Origin: Paracoccaceae bacterium
Lineage (GTDB): Bacteria; Pseudomonadota; Alphaproteobacteria; Rhodobacterales; Rhodobacteraceae
DNA: 34,875 bases
Assembly: GCA_026982275.1 (NCBI GenBank)
Contig: JALSHK010000006.1
Location: 1 to 34,875, forward strand
Direction of reading: 5' to 3'
Shown here: one piece after another, positions 6,489 to 15,388 of the stretch
Layout: every line of letters starts with the position of its first letter
How positions within the stretch are numbered: the stretch's first letter is position 1
Notes under the pieces: generated by a model
The model's database searches: none
The model's input: the letters and a program-made list of their open reading frames with translations, nothing else
What the model was told of the DNA's origin: nothing
Program-made: the position numbers and the translations under genes

Positions 6489-9400
6489 GTGCGGTAAAGC
6501 TGCGAGTGACGAGTATTTCTATGGATGAAGACGGCAAAACACAAGGCGATGACCCGGGGATTGTAGATCACGGCAAAGAAATGCCGGCCAATTCGGAGGA
6601 CTCCGCACAAGCTGATGATACCCCGACCGATGATGTTTTGGAGGGAGACGTGCCTGATGTCACGGTGCCGCTTGAAGATGCGCAGGACGATGGATTTGAT
6701 GATGAATATATGGAAGATGAATCCTGGGAAGATGATTCATATTGGGATTTTGACAGGCTTTCTGCGGATATCGACCAGTTCACCGGGCGCTCGGAGTGGA
6801 GTTTGAATTTGGAGCCAAGCCCGGCAGACCGGGAAATGCTGGCGCGCATTATATCCGGGACTGGCCTTTGTATTGTGCCCGATATGCACGACAAAGAGCG
6901 AGAATTACTGATGAGGTGGCTCTCCAGCATGGCCGAAAGCCAGCAAATATTCTGCGCCCGTCCGCTGGAAGGGGCCAGAACGTCGGAAATGGTACTGCTC
7001 TCGCAAATGGTTGCGTGGCACAATGACCAACAAAGCACGCGCGCGTCTGCCTGCTATGTAGTTGATCCGCACGAGCATCCAATTTTTATCAGCGATACCG
7101 AAATGGCAAATTTCCTTGCGGAGCTGAAAAAAGCCGGCATTTGCATTTTGCTTTTCTCGCGTGGCAACAGCCACGCAAGCTTGAAAAACAGAGGCGCAAC
7201 ACTGTGGCGTCCGGATTTCTACAGCTATTGGTGGCGCTGCTTTACCGAAGCGTTTTTCGAGGTGGAAAGCCCGGATGTGGTCGAAGGCGAGTTTGAGCGT
7301 GCGGCGGGGCTTTTGGAAGCCAAGCGCCCGAGCTTGCTAGGCCGCGCCCCGACGCGGGCGAAAATATTGCGGCTCCGGCGGTTGATTTTGGAGTCTCCGG
7401 AGATTCCGGATCGGGAGAGTGATCTTGGGGATGCGATCCAGCAGGTGATGGATGCGTTTGAAGCGCGCCCGAGCGCTGATGGCTCCCGCCTGCGAGAAGC
7501 CCATAACGAGGTGTTCCGGATTTCACCGGACCAGATGGCACAAATGCGCGAGAAAGGAGGAGGAAAGGCGCTTCTGGAGCCCGAAGCCACGGCGCTGTTT
7601 GTGGCATGGAACTGTTTGAAAAACAACGAAGGCAAGCCCGTACAGTTGATGGATTTCGAAGAGGTTTTCTCCATCCAGCTTCGGAATATGGAGGCTGAAC
7701 AAAAAGCAATTATGGCCAATGCCGCGCGGGAAAATCCGGGCGGGAAAAACAAAAAAAAGGACCGCCCGAGCTTTGATGCAGGGCAATATTTGCGGCATCG
7801 TTTATTTGCCAGCCAGGGCGATATGATGCTCGAATATATCGGATTGGACGTAAATTCCTGCCCGGTAAAAGGTAAGCAGATCACGTTTCGCCATCCGGAC
7901 CTGCTTGACCATCTGGAAGATATTTTCAACCGCCGCCGTGCCAATTATGCGGCCGCCCAGATAGACCGGTTTTTTGTAGATCAGAAAATATGGGAAGACG
8001 GGCAAAGCCGCCTCGGGGCTTATGCCAATATGCTTATGGTTCTGAAATTCAGACAATACGGGCCGATCTCGGACCTCAATGTGGCCAAGCGCTGCGTTGA
8101 TGAAATTTTGAAAGATTTCAAGCCGGGTCCGGATGAGAGCCAGAGCCACAAAGCCGGTAGCAGGTCGGCGGAGAGGCGTCGCTACAAGGTGCTGGAAAAA
8201 CGCTATCTGCGGGTGGTCGAGTTTCTCATGCTCTGGTTTGACGAGCAACAAAAGCTTGCGCCGGATGCGGTGGAAGAGACGGCCCGCGCATTCAAGGATT
8301 TTGTAACCTTGCTGTCAAAGCAGTTGATGAAGCGCGGGGGATGGCTGGATTTCGTATTTCTGTTTATGCATATTGCGCGGCATCGGCCCGAACTGATTGA
8401 TGTGTCGGCTATATTGCGTATGGTAAACGAGCGTGCGCCTTTTGCGACCAAGTGGGACATCCTCAGCATTGTGGAAACCGAGGCTCGCAAGCAGACTGGC
8501 AACGAGCTGCAATACCGGATTTTCCGGTTTTTGGTCTCCGATATTGCCAAAACCGTGGATGACAAGCGGCATCTGGGTGTTTTTCGAGATGCGTTTCTTG
8601 CGGGGCTGGCGCTCAGGGTTATTCCGGCGGGGGTGCGGCGGTTAAAAGCAGTGGATTATGAAAAAGGCAGCCTGCAATTATCGGATGCGATGCTGGAACA
8701 GATCATAACAGCGAAAGATGGAATAACGGATCTCGTTGCGGTAATGACAGCGCCGCGGGTTCGCAACTATTTGCAGAACCTTTTGAACCGGAAACGTAGA
8801 AACGAAGTTTTGGACTGGTTTACCTTGCAGGAATTCATGCGCATCGAAGAAATGTGTTATGCGATGCAGATCAAGCCGTTAGAGCGTGCAAAAGACAGTA
8901 AATCCGATCAGAAATCCCACGAGGATTTTCATGAAGACCTTTACCGCGCCTATATGGAAGAGGTGCGGGAAATGACCACGCTGGTGGAGGGTCTGCCGGT
9001 TCTTAGCCGCGTCAATACGCGCAATACTGGCGGGAGCGCTGTTGGGACGGCACGGGCGCGGGTAGTTAAAATGAAGCGTGGCGGATCGGATTTGATTATT
9101 CCGGTATTACGCAAACATTTTGAAAAATCAAAGCAGCTGGACAGCCTGAATAGCCTGAACCTGCTGGTTTTTGTGGAATTGCATGGCGTATTGCTCAGCG
9201 TGGGGCGCACGGAGATTGCCGGGGAGATACTGGAGGCCCTTAACGTCGCGAAGGTCGCAGCTTCAGGGGCTGAGGAGCAGCGCGAGATTCGCGGCTTCAG
9301 CAAAGCGTTTGACGCCCGCATTAAGGCGGCAAAGCTTGTGCAGAAACGAGGGTTGGTGGCCATGGTGAAAAATACGCGACACGAGTTGAAAACGGGGAAG

Positions 9401-9505
9401 GTCTCGACGGAATATTGCACGGCTTTCGAGGCATATTTGCGAAAAAGATACGGATATATTGACAATTTTACGCTTCGAGGAACAAGCGTCAGGAGGACAG
9501 AATGA
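6470..9505 (+). CDS. Large hypothetical protein (about 1000 aa) with a highly acidic N-terminal region; no motif recognised
   Basis: 1011-aa ORF from the GTG at 6470, which overlaps the Vps4-like gene by 19 nt. An alternative ATG at 6521 (MDEDGKTQGDD...) would give 994 aa. The N-terminal ~90 aa are D/E-rich (DDTPTDDVLEGDVPDVTVPLEDAQDDGFDDEYMEDESWEDDSYWDFD), and the rest looks mainly helical. I found no Walker A or other catalytic motif. Confidence 0.75.
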   Translation: MARQKLSAVKLRVTSISMDEDGKTQGDDPGIVDHGKEMPANSEDSAQADDTPTDDVLEGDVPDVTVPLEDAQDDGFDDEYMEDESWEDDSYWDFDRLSADIDQFTGRSEWSLNLEPSPADREMLARIISGTGLCIVPDMHDKERELLMRWLSSMAESQQIFCARPLEGARTSEMVLLSQMVAWHNDQQSTRASACYVVDPHEHPIFISDTEMANFLAELKKAGICILLFSRGNSHASLKNRGATLWRPDFYSYWWRCFTEAFFEVESPDVVEGEFERAAGLLEAKRPSLLGRAPTRAKILRLRRLILESPEIPDRESDLGDAIQQVMDAFEARPSADGSRLREAHNEVFRISPDQMAQMREKGGGKALLEPEATALFVAWNCLKNNEGKPVQLMDFEEVFSIQLRNMEAEQKAIMANAARENPGGKNKKKDRPSFDAGQYLRHRLFASQGDMMLEYIGLDVNSCPVKGKQITFRHPDLLDHLEDIFNRRRANYAAAQIDRFFVDQKIWEDGQSRLGAYANMLMVLKFRQYGPISDLNVAKRCVDEILKDFKPGPDESQSHKAGSRSAERRRYKVLEKRYLRVVEFLMLWFDEQQKLAPDAVEETARAFKDFVTLLSKQLMKRGGWLDFVFLFMHIARHRPELIDVSAILRMVNERAPFATKWDILSIVETEARKQTGNELQYRIFRFLVSDIAKTVDDKRHLGVFRDAFLAGLALRVIPAGVRRLKAVDYEKGSLQLSDAMLEQIITAKDGITDLVAVMTAPRVRNYLQNLLNRKRRNEVLDWFTLQEFMRIEEMCYAMQIKPLERAKDSKSDQKSHEDFHEDLYRAYMEEVREMTTLVEGLPVLSRVNTRNTGGSAVGTARARVVKMKRGGSDLIIPVLRKHFEKSKQLDSLNSLNLLVFVELHGVLLSVGRTEIAGEILEALNVAKVAASGAEEQREIRGFSKAFDARIKAAKLVQKRGLVAMVKNTRHELKTGKVSTEYCTAFEAYLRKRYGYIDNFTLRGTSVRRTE

Positions 9506-11988
9506 AGATTGCAGAACCATTGGACCGTCTTATTACTGCTGTATCTGAAGAAAGCAAAATGGGGCGTAATGAAGTGTGCTTCAAAATGAGCGGTAATAAG
9601 CGTGGCACGGTAAGTGTGGCACCTCATTTTGCACAAAAAAAGGGATTACTTTCAGTTTTTACGCGCGGCAAAGGACCAACTCGTTACATCCGTATTGCCA
9701 CAGGGCGGACGGTGGATATTTTAGATATGGATGTGGATTGCCAGGATGTTCAATCACAGGTTGAATATCGGATTACACTCCGGTTCGATGCTCAGACACC
9801 TGAAAAGGACAACTGGAACGCTCTGCAAAAAATGGTCGAGGTGTTTGCAGATACCATTCCGGATTTGTCCTTGCGGGGTAGAGATGACCCGGATTCCGGG
9901 CCGTCTCGCCGCTTCAGAGATGAAATGCACCAGTGGCTGGCGACCCGTTACCGCAGTGGCGACCGGATCAAAACATCCGAAGAGTGGCGTCTGGCGCAGG
10001 CCTTACAGATAGACGCGTATATCGCGCAAGAATACGGGCTTGATATCAAGGTCAAGCTCACCATCAAAACCCTGTCCCAAAAGCGCCTTGGGCCGGTTGA
10101 GGCAAAGGTTGATACCAATGCCTGCGATAGCAAGATTGCAATAAGCTTGCCGCTGAAGGTTGGATGCGAGCTTATGGACGGCAAGAAAGACCTGTTTGAA
10201 GCCGTAACTTTTTCTGAATCGGATTTGCAGGCTTTGATCGAGCGCCGCGTGGACAGGTTTATTCGGGATCAGGTCACCTTGCAGCAATTTCGCTTTGAAA
10301 ATGCGTGGCTCGACGATATGCGCGAGAGCATCGAAAAGGATTTGCAGGCCAAAGGGCGCACGATTACCAGCTTTATTGTCGAGCACTCGCCGGCATCGGC
10401 CGATTATGAGATGGGGCCGATCAATGTAAAAACCGAGCCGGTTGCGTTTATTCCATCGGGTTGGGATGAGGGTAACACGATCAATTTCATTTCCAATGCC
10501 CAGGTTCACGTTAACAATGCGGCTATCCACGAACCTCTGTATGAAGCCAGTGATTTCAATAAAATGAAGCCCTACCTTCATGATTGGTTCACCAAGGCTT
10601 TGAATACCGCAATTCATGATTGCCTGCACCGGATCCATGACAAAAACGTGGGCTACGCGACTTTGCTGACCGATTGGGACAGCACTTTCCAGAAAAATAT
10701 CCGGACCATGCTGGAAGGCATGGCAAAAGAGGCCGGGCTGGTTGCGGATGCGATTATTTCCAATCCCGAGCGCCCGGAGGTCAAGCTTCCTCAAGGGGTC
10801 TGGATTCATATTCCGGTGGAAAATAGCGAAAGGCAGATGTTCTCGGGTAGCGAGGGGGGGATTGTGGCGAAAAAATTTGCCTCCATGACCCCGTCTATGA
10901 ATTTCGAGCTAGCCATCGATGCCCATGTGAAAATCAGGAATTTTGCCGATATCAAGGATATCCTGAATCAGACAACCGATGCACTGGCTTATATCAGAGA
11001 GCAATTGATAGAACCCGCCGTGCGGCATGTGTGTCAGGATACCGATACGGTACGATATTACAGTGCTTTTGAATTTGTGCCCGCTGGCGAGACCGGAATT
11101 TCGTTTACGGAAATGGTCGAGCGTAAAGTTCGGGAGGCGCTGATAGCCAAAAATATTCAGCTTCTTTCCTTGCGGTTGCGGCGCGCCGATGAACATATTT
11201 GGGAGAAATATACCCGCATTACCGGCAATCCGCCACAGCGGGTCGAGTTTTACATCAAACCTTTGGTTCGGGGTGCCGGAATACAGGATGTCTCCAGTCG
11301 GGTGTCGGTGAGCTTTGATCTGAATATAACGGGCATGTGCGAGGATGGCGCCGGTTGGGGGCAATTTGTGCCGCTGATCTGGCCGGATGAAGTGGAAGAA
11401 TCACGATCATATTATCAACCGGTATATGACAAGGTGAAGGATACAATTTCGGAGAAGTTTCACGCCGGAGATATAGATTCTATAAAATATGCCGAATTCA
11501 GTGCCGAAGATAAAAAAGAATTCGAGCTTCTGCTCAACCGCTATGTAAATGATATTCTTGACAAGAATTTCGGTTTACGGGGCGAGGCGATTTCTATCAA
11601 GCGGGATCTGAGTGATCAGGAGCAGATTTACATCGAGAATTTCCAACATACGATAGAACACAAGCGGCGGCTGATGCAGGCAGAGCAGGCGAAAGATATC
11701 CACCAGCTCGATGCGGACGTTAAAGTTAATGCTGTGCAACAAGGGGCACGCATCACCGATGCCCGTGAAGAGTCAGATACCCGCATGCCCGGATATGATT
11801 TTGGCCAGCCTGGTGACACCCTGAAAATCGAGGATTTCGATAGTCTTGATTTTAAGGGCCGCGAGCCAGGGAAAGGCCTGCCATCGCATGACGGTGCGAA
11901 GGAAACCCCGCCGCCGGAGCCCGAAGCCCCTTCAGCGCCCGAGGGAGAGGTTTATGAAATGCCCCCTGAAGATAAAGGAAAACCCTAA
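9502..11988 (+). CDS. Large hypothetical protein (828 aa) with a Pro/Glu-rich C-terminal tail
   Basis: A strong AGGAGGA RBS precedes the ATG, which overlaps the upstream stop (ATGA). The sequence looks mixed alpha/beta, with the C-terminal tail KETPPPEPEAPSAPEGEVYEMPPEDKGKP. No motif recognised. Confidence 0.75.
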   Translation: MKIAEPLDRLITAVSEESKMGRNEVCFKMSGNKRGTVSVAPHFAQKKGLLSVFTRGKGPTRYIRIATGRTVDILDMDVDCQDVQSQVEYRITLRFDAQTPEKDNWNALQKMVEVFADTIPDLSLRGRDDPDSGPSRRFRDEMHQWLATRYRSGDRIKTSEEWRLAQALQIDAYIAQEYGLDIKVKLTIKTLSQKRLGPVEAKVDTNACDSKIAISLPLKVGCELMDGKKDLFEAVTFSESDLQALIERRVDRFIRDQVTLQQFRFENAWLDDMRESIEKDLQAKGRTITSFIVEHSPASADYEMGPINVKTEPVAFIPSGWDEGNTINFISNAQVHVNNAAIHEPLYEASDFNKMKPYLHDWFTKALNTAIHDCLHRIHDKNVGYATLLTDWDSTFQKNIRTMLEGMAKEAGLVADAIISNPERPEVKLPQGVWIHIPVENSERQMFSGSEGGIVAKKFASMTPSMNFELAIDAHVKIRNFADIKDILNQTTDALAYIREQLIEPAVRHVCQDTDTVRYYSAFEFVPAGETGISFTEMVERKVREALIAKNIQLLSLRLRRADEHIWEKYTRITGNPPQRVEFYIKPLVRGAGIQDVSSRVSVSFDLNITGMCEDGAGWGQFVPLIWPDEVEESRSYYQPVYDKVKDTISEKFHAGDIDSIKYAEFSAEDKKEFELLLNRYVNDILDKNFGLRGEAISIKRDLSDQEQIYIENFQHTIEHKRRLMQAEQAKDIHQLDADVKVNAVQQGARITDAREESDTRMPGYDFGQPGDTLKIEDFDSLDFKGREPGKGLPSHDGAKETPPPEPEAPSAPEGEVYEMPPEDKGKP

Positions 11989-11990
11989 CT

Positions 11991-12776
11991 ATGGTCACCG
12001 GTATTCATTGGAAAGACGGCTTTGATGAAGCGTCGAACCTGCTGGCCGGTATTCTTGACTTTGCGATTACAAGTCTGGAAGCCCCGGTAGAGGGCAAGGT
12101 CTTTTTCCCGACGCTGGAGGCTTTGATTACGCCAATGCTTGATTGCAGCGCCGAGGAGCGGCAGGCCGTTATGAAAACGGCCGGGCTAAGCAGCGCGCCC
12201 CATCGGGCTTTTTTAAGCGTTCCCGGCCTCGGTATGGGGCTGGTGCGTGAAAAGACAGAGAGCAAAAAAACGGCGCGGGCAAATGCTATTCCGCAAGAGG
12301 TTTTGTGGGCCATTGCCGGTGCCGGCGTGGCGGGCACACAAGGCCAGCGCGCGCGGGCAATACGGGTTTCAGGCTGGGTGCAGTCCAGGTTTTTGTTATC
12401 CGGGGCGCGTCTTGTCACGGATCTTGCCGATTTGCGCACGCTCTGGACCATAATTGCCACTGTGGCGCGAAGCCAGAAACTGGCCGCGCATCCCGGTATT
12501 GCGGAGCTGGAAAGCATGGCAACGCTGATGGCGGCTAAACATCCGGTGCCGCAGATGGTCGACCAGCTGGTTTGCTGCGAAATTGCCCGTGCGCTCATGG
12601 TCGGGCGCGGGGTGCCGTCTGCGCACCCGCTGATGGCGTGTCCGTTGATTGCCGCGCCGCGCTACGGGCTTGAATACAGCCCGGAGAACGCGCAGTCCAA
12701 AGGCGAGCCGGGCGCAACGTTCCAGAAGGTTCCAACCGATTTGGAACCCTATATTTTCTTTCGGAAAGAGGTTTGA
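11991..12776 (+). CDS. Hypothetical protein (261 aa)
   Basis: The ATG lies 2 nt after the upstream stop, and the next gene starts 3 nt after this gene's stop. The protein is Ala/Gly-rich with no motif recognised. A 197-aa antisense ORF (12005-12598) also exists, but the tight spacing with both neighbours favours the plus strand. Confidence 0.6.
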   Translation: MVTGIHWKDGFDEASNLLAGILDFAITSLEAPVEGKVFFPTLEALITPMLDCSAEERQAVMKTAGLSSAPHRAFLSVPGLGMGLVREKTESKKTARANAIPQEVLWAIAGAGVAGTQGQRARAIRVSGWVQSRFLLSGARLVTDLADLRTLWTIIATVARSQKLAAHPGIAELESMATLMAAKHPVPQMVDQLVCCEIARALMVGRGVPSAHPLMACPLIAAPRYGLEYSPENAQSKGEPGATFQKVPTDLEPYIFFRKEV

Positions 12777-12779
12777 CCC

Positions 12780-13865
12780 ATGTTCAATACTGCGGCCCTT
12801 TCAAAGTTTTTTACCAAGCATAAATCTACCCTGAAGCGGCTGGAAAAGGTTCGGGGCCACCTTGAAAGCCGGATTTACAACGGGGAAATCGCGATCAATG
12901 CGATATTTCTTGCGGCGCTGACCGATGTGCCTTGTTTGCTTTTTGGCCCGCCCGGTGTGGCCAAATCCAAACTGATCCGCAATTTTTGCGAAATCACAGG
13001 GGTTTCCAATGCAGAAGCGGCGGAAGAGCGTAAATATTTCGAGTATTTGCTCACTCCGTTTACCGAGCCGACCGAGCTTTTCGGGTCTTTCAGACTGCAA
13101 AAAACTGAGACCGGAGAGCAACAACTTATGCGGGTGGAAACCGGCATGTTGCATAATTGCGAGGTGGCATTTCTTGACGAGGTGTTTAACGGGTCAAGTG
13201 CGATTTTGAACAGCTTGCTGGCCCTGATTAACGAAAAGCGATTTCATGACCGTGGCGAGATTAAAAAGAGCCGGCTAAAGCTGGTTTTCGGGGCGACAAA
13301 TGACCTGCCGACCAGTGAAAGCCTCCGGGCTGTTTTCGATCGGTTTGTGGTGCGGGCCTATATGGACAACGTGGAGCCGGAAGCGGTTGAATACCGGAAA
13401 TATTTTGATAGTGCGTTCAAGGCGCAGCGCAACTTCACACCTAAAGAATGTGATTATGAGCTGCTGGACGATATCCAGATATTGCGGGATGACTATCTGG
13501 CTCTGGAAAAAGGGAATGACCCCAAAAAAAGCCTTTTCGATTTTGATTCCGAAGAGGGACGGAAATTTCTGGAAAATCTTGGTTATATTGTGGATAATTG
13601 CCGTGGTGGTCTGGGGCGCGCGAACGCATACGGAAGTTTTTCAAACCGTCGCGTTTTTCAAATGCTGCGTGCCCTCACCATGCAGCGGCTCATGCGGGCG
13701 GCGCGGCAGGGTAGCGTGATCGGAGGGGGGCCGCCTCTTATTCGTGAAGATTACAGTATAATTGTGGCGCATTTTCTGGATGTTAAGGAGCCGCTCCCGA
13801 GCACCGAGGTCGACAAACTTCTTGATCTCCCTAACGGTCAGGTGATTGCAGGAGCCAAATCTTGA
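12780..13865 (+). CDS. RavA/MoxR-family AAA+ ATPase
   Basis: 361-aa ORF that aligns by eye along the E. coli RavA AAA+ module. LESRIYNGEIAINAIFLAALTDVPCLLFGPPGVAKSKLIRNF matches [42 protein letters not shown] (Walker A). FEYLLTPFTEPTELFGS matches FEYLMTRFSTPEEVFGP. CEVAFLDEVFNGSSAILNSLLALINEKRFHDRG matches [32 protein letters not shown] (Walker B). LVFGATNDLP matches LLVAASNELP. Confidence 0.85.
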   Translation: MFNTAALSKFFTKHKSTLKRLEKVRGHLESRIYNGEIAINAIFLAALTDVPCLLFGPPGVAKSKLIRNFCEITGVSNAEAAEERKYFEYLLTPFTEPTELFGSFRLQKTETGEQQLMRVETGMLHNCEVAFLDEVFNGSSAILNSLLALINEKRFHDRGEIKKSRLKLVFGATNDLPTSESLRAVFDRFVVRAYMDNVEPEAVEYRKYFDSAFKAQRNFTPKECDYELLDDIQILRDDYLALEKGNDPKKSLFDFDSEEGRKFLENLGYIVDNCRGGLGRANAYGSFSNRRVFQMLRALTMQRLMRAARQGSVIGGGPPLIREDYSIIVAHFLDVKEPLPSTEVDKLLDLPNGQVIAGAKS

Positions 13866-15388
13866 AACACGAGGTTATGGGAGCGACATTCTGGACACCG
13901 GTTATTGCGCAAAGGCGCAGGGCGGGGGCGGCGAATTTTGACCTTGAGATGGCCATATTGCGGCTCCTGCACTCGAATGGATATGGCGCGCCGATAGAAA
14001 CGGTTTTTGATTTTGCGGCGTGGCTCCAAAGGAAAGGCAGTGCAGGCCAATATTGGGAAAATGCGTTCCAGCAGCTCTTTTCCGGCATGGATTTACGGAA
14101 AATTCGCAGTTCCGTCTCGATGGTGGAGCGGCGAATGCGAGAGAATCCGTTTCAAGCTGTCCGGTTGTTTTTATTGCCGGTAGTCCAGCGTGTATTGGCC
14201 AAGACAGAAAAAAACATTCTGCTTTCGAGGAGTGATAAAACCAGCCACCATAACAAAGGTGATTATCAGAAATATAGTGATGCGTTTCAGGCAACGCTGG
14301 CAACGCTGTTGCCCGAAAGCAACGAGCCCCCTGCAACCAAGGTCAATGATGAAAGCACCGTAGCGTGGCGGCGGGCCATGATCCTGCGGCTGATTCAATA
14401 TACTCATCTCGAGGATTTGTCGGAAGACCCGGGCGGTCCGTGCCTTCCGGATATGCTGGCGGCAGAGCTGTTTCTGGCGGCCGAACGATTGCAGGTTGCA
14501 TCAAGGCCGGACAAAGCCATTCCACGGCTTGCCCGAGAAGGGACCGTGCGACGTAGTTCCCGCTACCAGCAAGACGGCATTGCGGGAATACGCCACGCCT
14601 CTCCCGGAGAGGACCCGTCATCAATGTTGCAGCATCAGATGGTGAATGCATTCGAAGTGCTGGTAGAGCAGATCGAAAACGAAGGGTTTATTGCGTATGA
14701 CCGCCCGCCGCCTTTGCCGGAGAAACGCTGTTTTATGTTTGCGGCTCTGGCGGCTGACATGGCTGAAGGCCGTGGGCTGAGCCTGCTGCGCGCCGCATGG
14801 TGGCTGGCCTGCCAATGGGCTGAAATGATACTGTGCGAGCAAGATTCCAGGGTTGATTTTGCCTGGTTGCAAACCACAAACGGCTTTTCCGGGCGAGGGA
14901 GTTTTGTGCGCTCCCCGGAAAAATTCATGCGGATGCGTCCGGGCGATACCGGCGCGCGCTATCTTGCACAATGTGAGGGGATTGGTGCGCCTTTCAGGGC
15001 AGGACGGCAGAAAACAGCCCTCTCCGAAGGGCGAACCAGACCCCTTTGTCCGGACAATTTGGTGGGTTTATTGAGAGATGAAGGCCTTCAGGTGATAGGA
15101 GATGGAGGGATGCAGGTTGCGGCCATGATTTTGTCGGTTCAGGAGGCAACCGGAGACAGGGCAGATGAACATACGAGCGTGTGGCGCGATGAAATTACCG
15201 GACAGGGAGGCGAAATGCCGTTGGTTCTGTCTGTCACTATTAACGCTGCACAAGGGAGGCACAGGCTGGCTTTCGGGGCGGAAGAGCCGGTGCTGGTCTG
15301 TGATGATTTCGAGGAAGCCGCGCAGCAAGCTGTGAAAATTGCCAACCGGTTGATAGAAGAAATGATGAAAGTTATCCGCAATGAGTAA
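13862..15388 (+). CDS. Hypothetical protein (508 aa) in the position of a ViaA/vWA partner of the RavA-like ATPase; no canonical MIDAS motif seen
   Basis: A TTG start in a TTGA overlap has an AGGAG RBS 7 nt upstream; an alternative ATG is at 13877. The size is similar to ViaA (483 aa), but I could not find a DxSxS MIDAS motif. The segment KRCFMFAALAADMAEGRG sits where a vWA beta1-MIDAS would be expected. The vWA assignment is speculative. Confidence 0.65.
   Translation: MKHEVMGATFWTPVIAQRRRAGAANFDLEMAILRLLHSNGYGAPIETVFDFAAWLQRKGSAGQYWENAFQQLFSGMDLRKIRSSVSMVERRMRENPFQAVRLFLLPVVQRVLAKTEKNILLSRSDKTSHHNKGDYQKYSDAFQATLATLLPESNEPPATKVNDESTVAWRRAMILRLIQYTHLEDLSEDPGGPCLPDMLAAELFLAAERLQVASRPDKAIPRLAREGTVRRSSRYQQDGIAGIRHASPGEDPSSMLQHQMVNAFEVLVEQIENEGFIAYDRPPPLPEKRCFMFAALAADMAEGRGLSLLRAAWWLACQWAEMILCEQDSRVDFAWLQTTNGFSGRGSFVRSPEKFMRMRPGDTGARYLAQCEGIGAPFRAGRQKTALSEGRTRPLCPDNLVGLLRDEGLQVIGDGGMQVAAMILSVQEATGDRADEHTSVWRDEITGQGGEMPLVLSVTINAAQGRHRLAFGAEEPVLVCDDFEEAAQQAVKIANRLIEEMMKVIRNE

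Noticed and set aside
6470-9505. STAND/NACHT-type NTPase assignment for the 1011-aa protein, which would be expected next to caspase-like proteases
   Set aside because: No Walker A (GxxxxGK[ST]) or Walker B motif is found anywhere in the translation. The segment GTGLCIVPDMHDKE is not a P-loop.
9502-11988. SPFH/band-7 or dynamin-like assignment for the 828-aa protein
   Set aside because: I considered this because such proteins accompany membrane-remodelling systems. I see no GTPase P-loop and no convincing SPFH signature, so the idea has no sequence support.
13862-15388. Calling the 508-aa protein a bona fide vWA/ViaA protein
   Set aside because: I could not find the DxSxS MIDAS motif or other diagnostic vWA residues by eye. 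Only gene position and size support the idea, so I kept it as hypothetical and raised the question in the findings.
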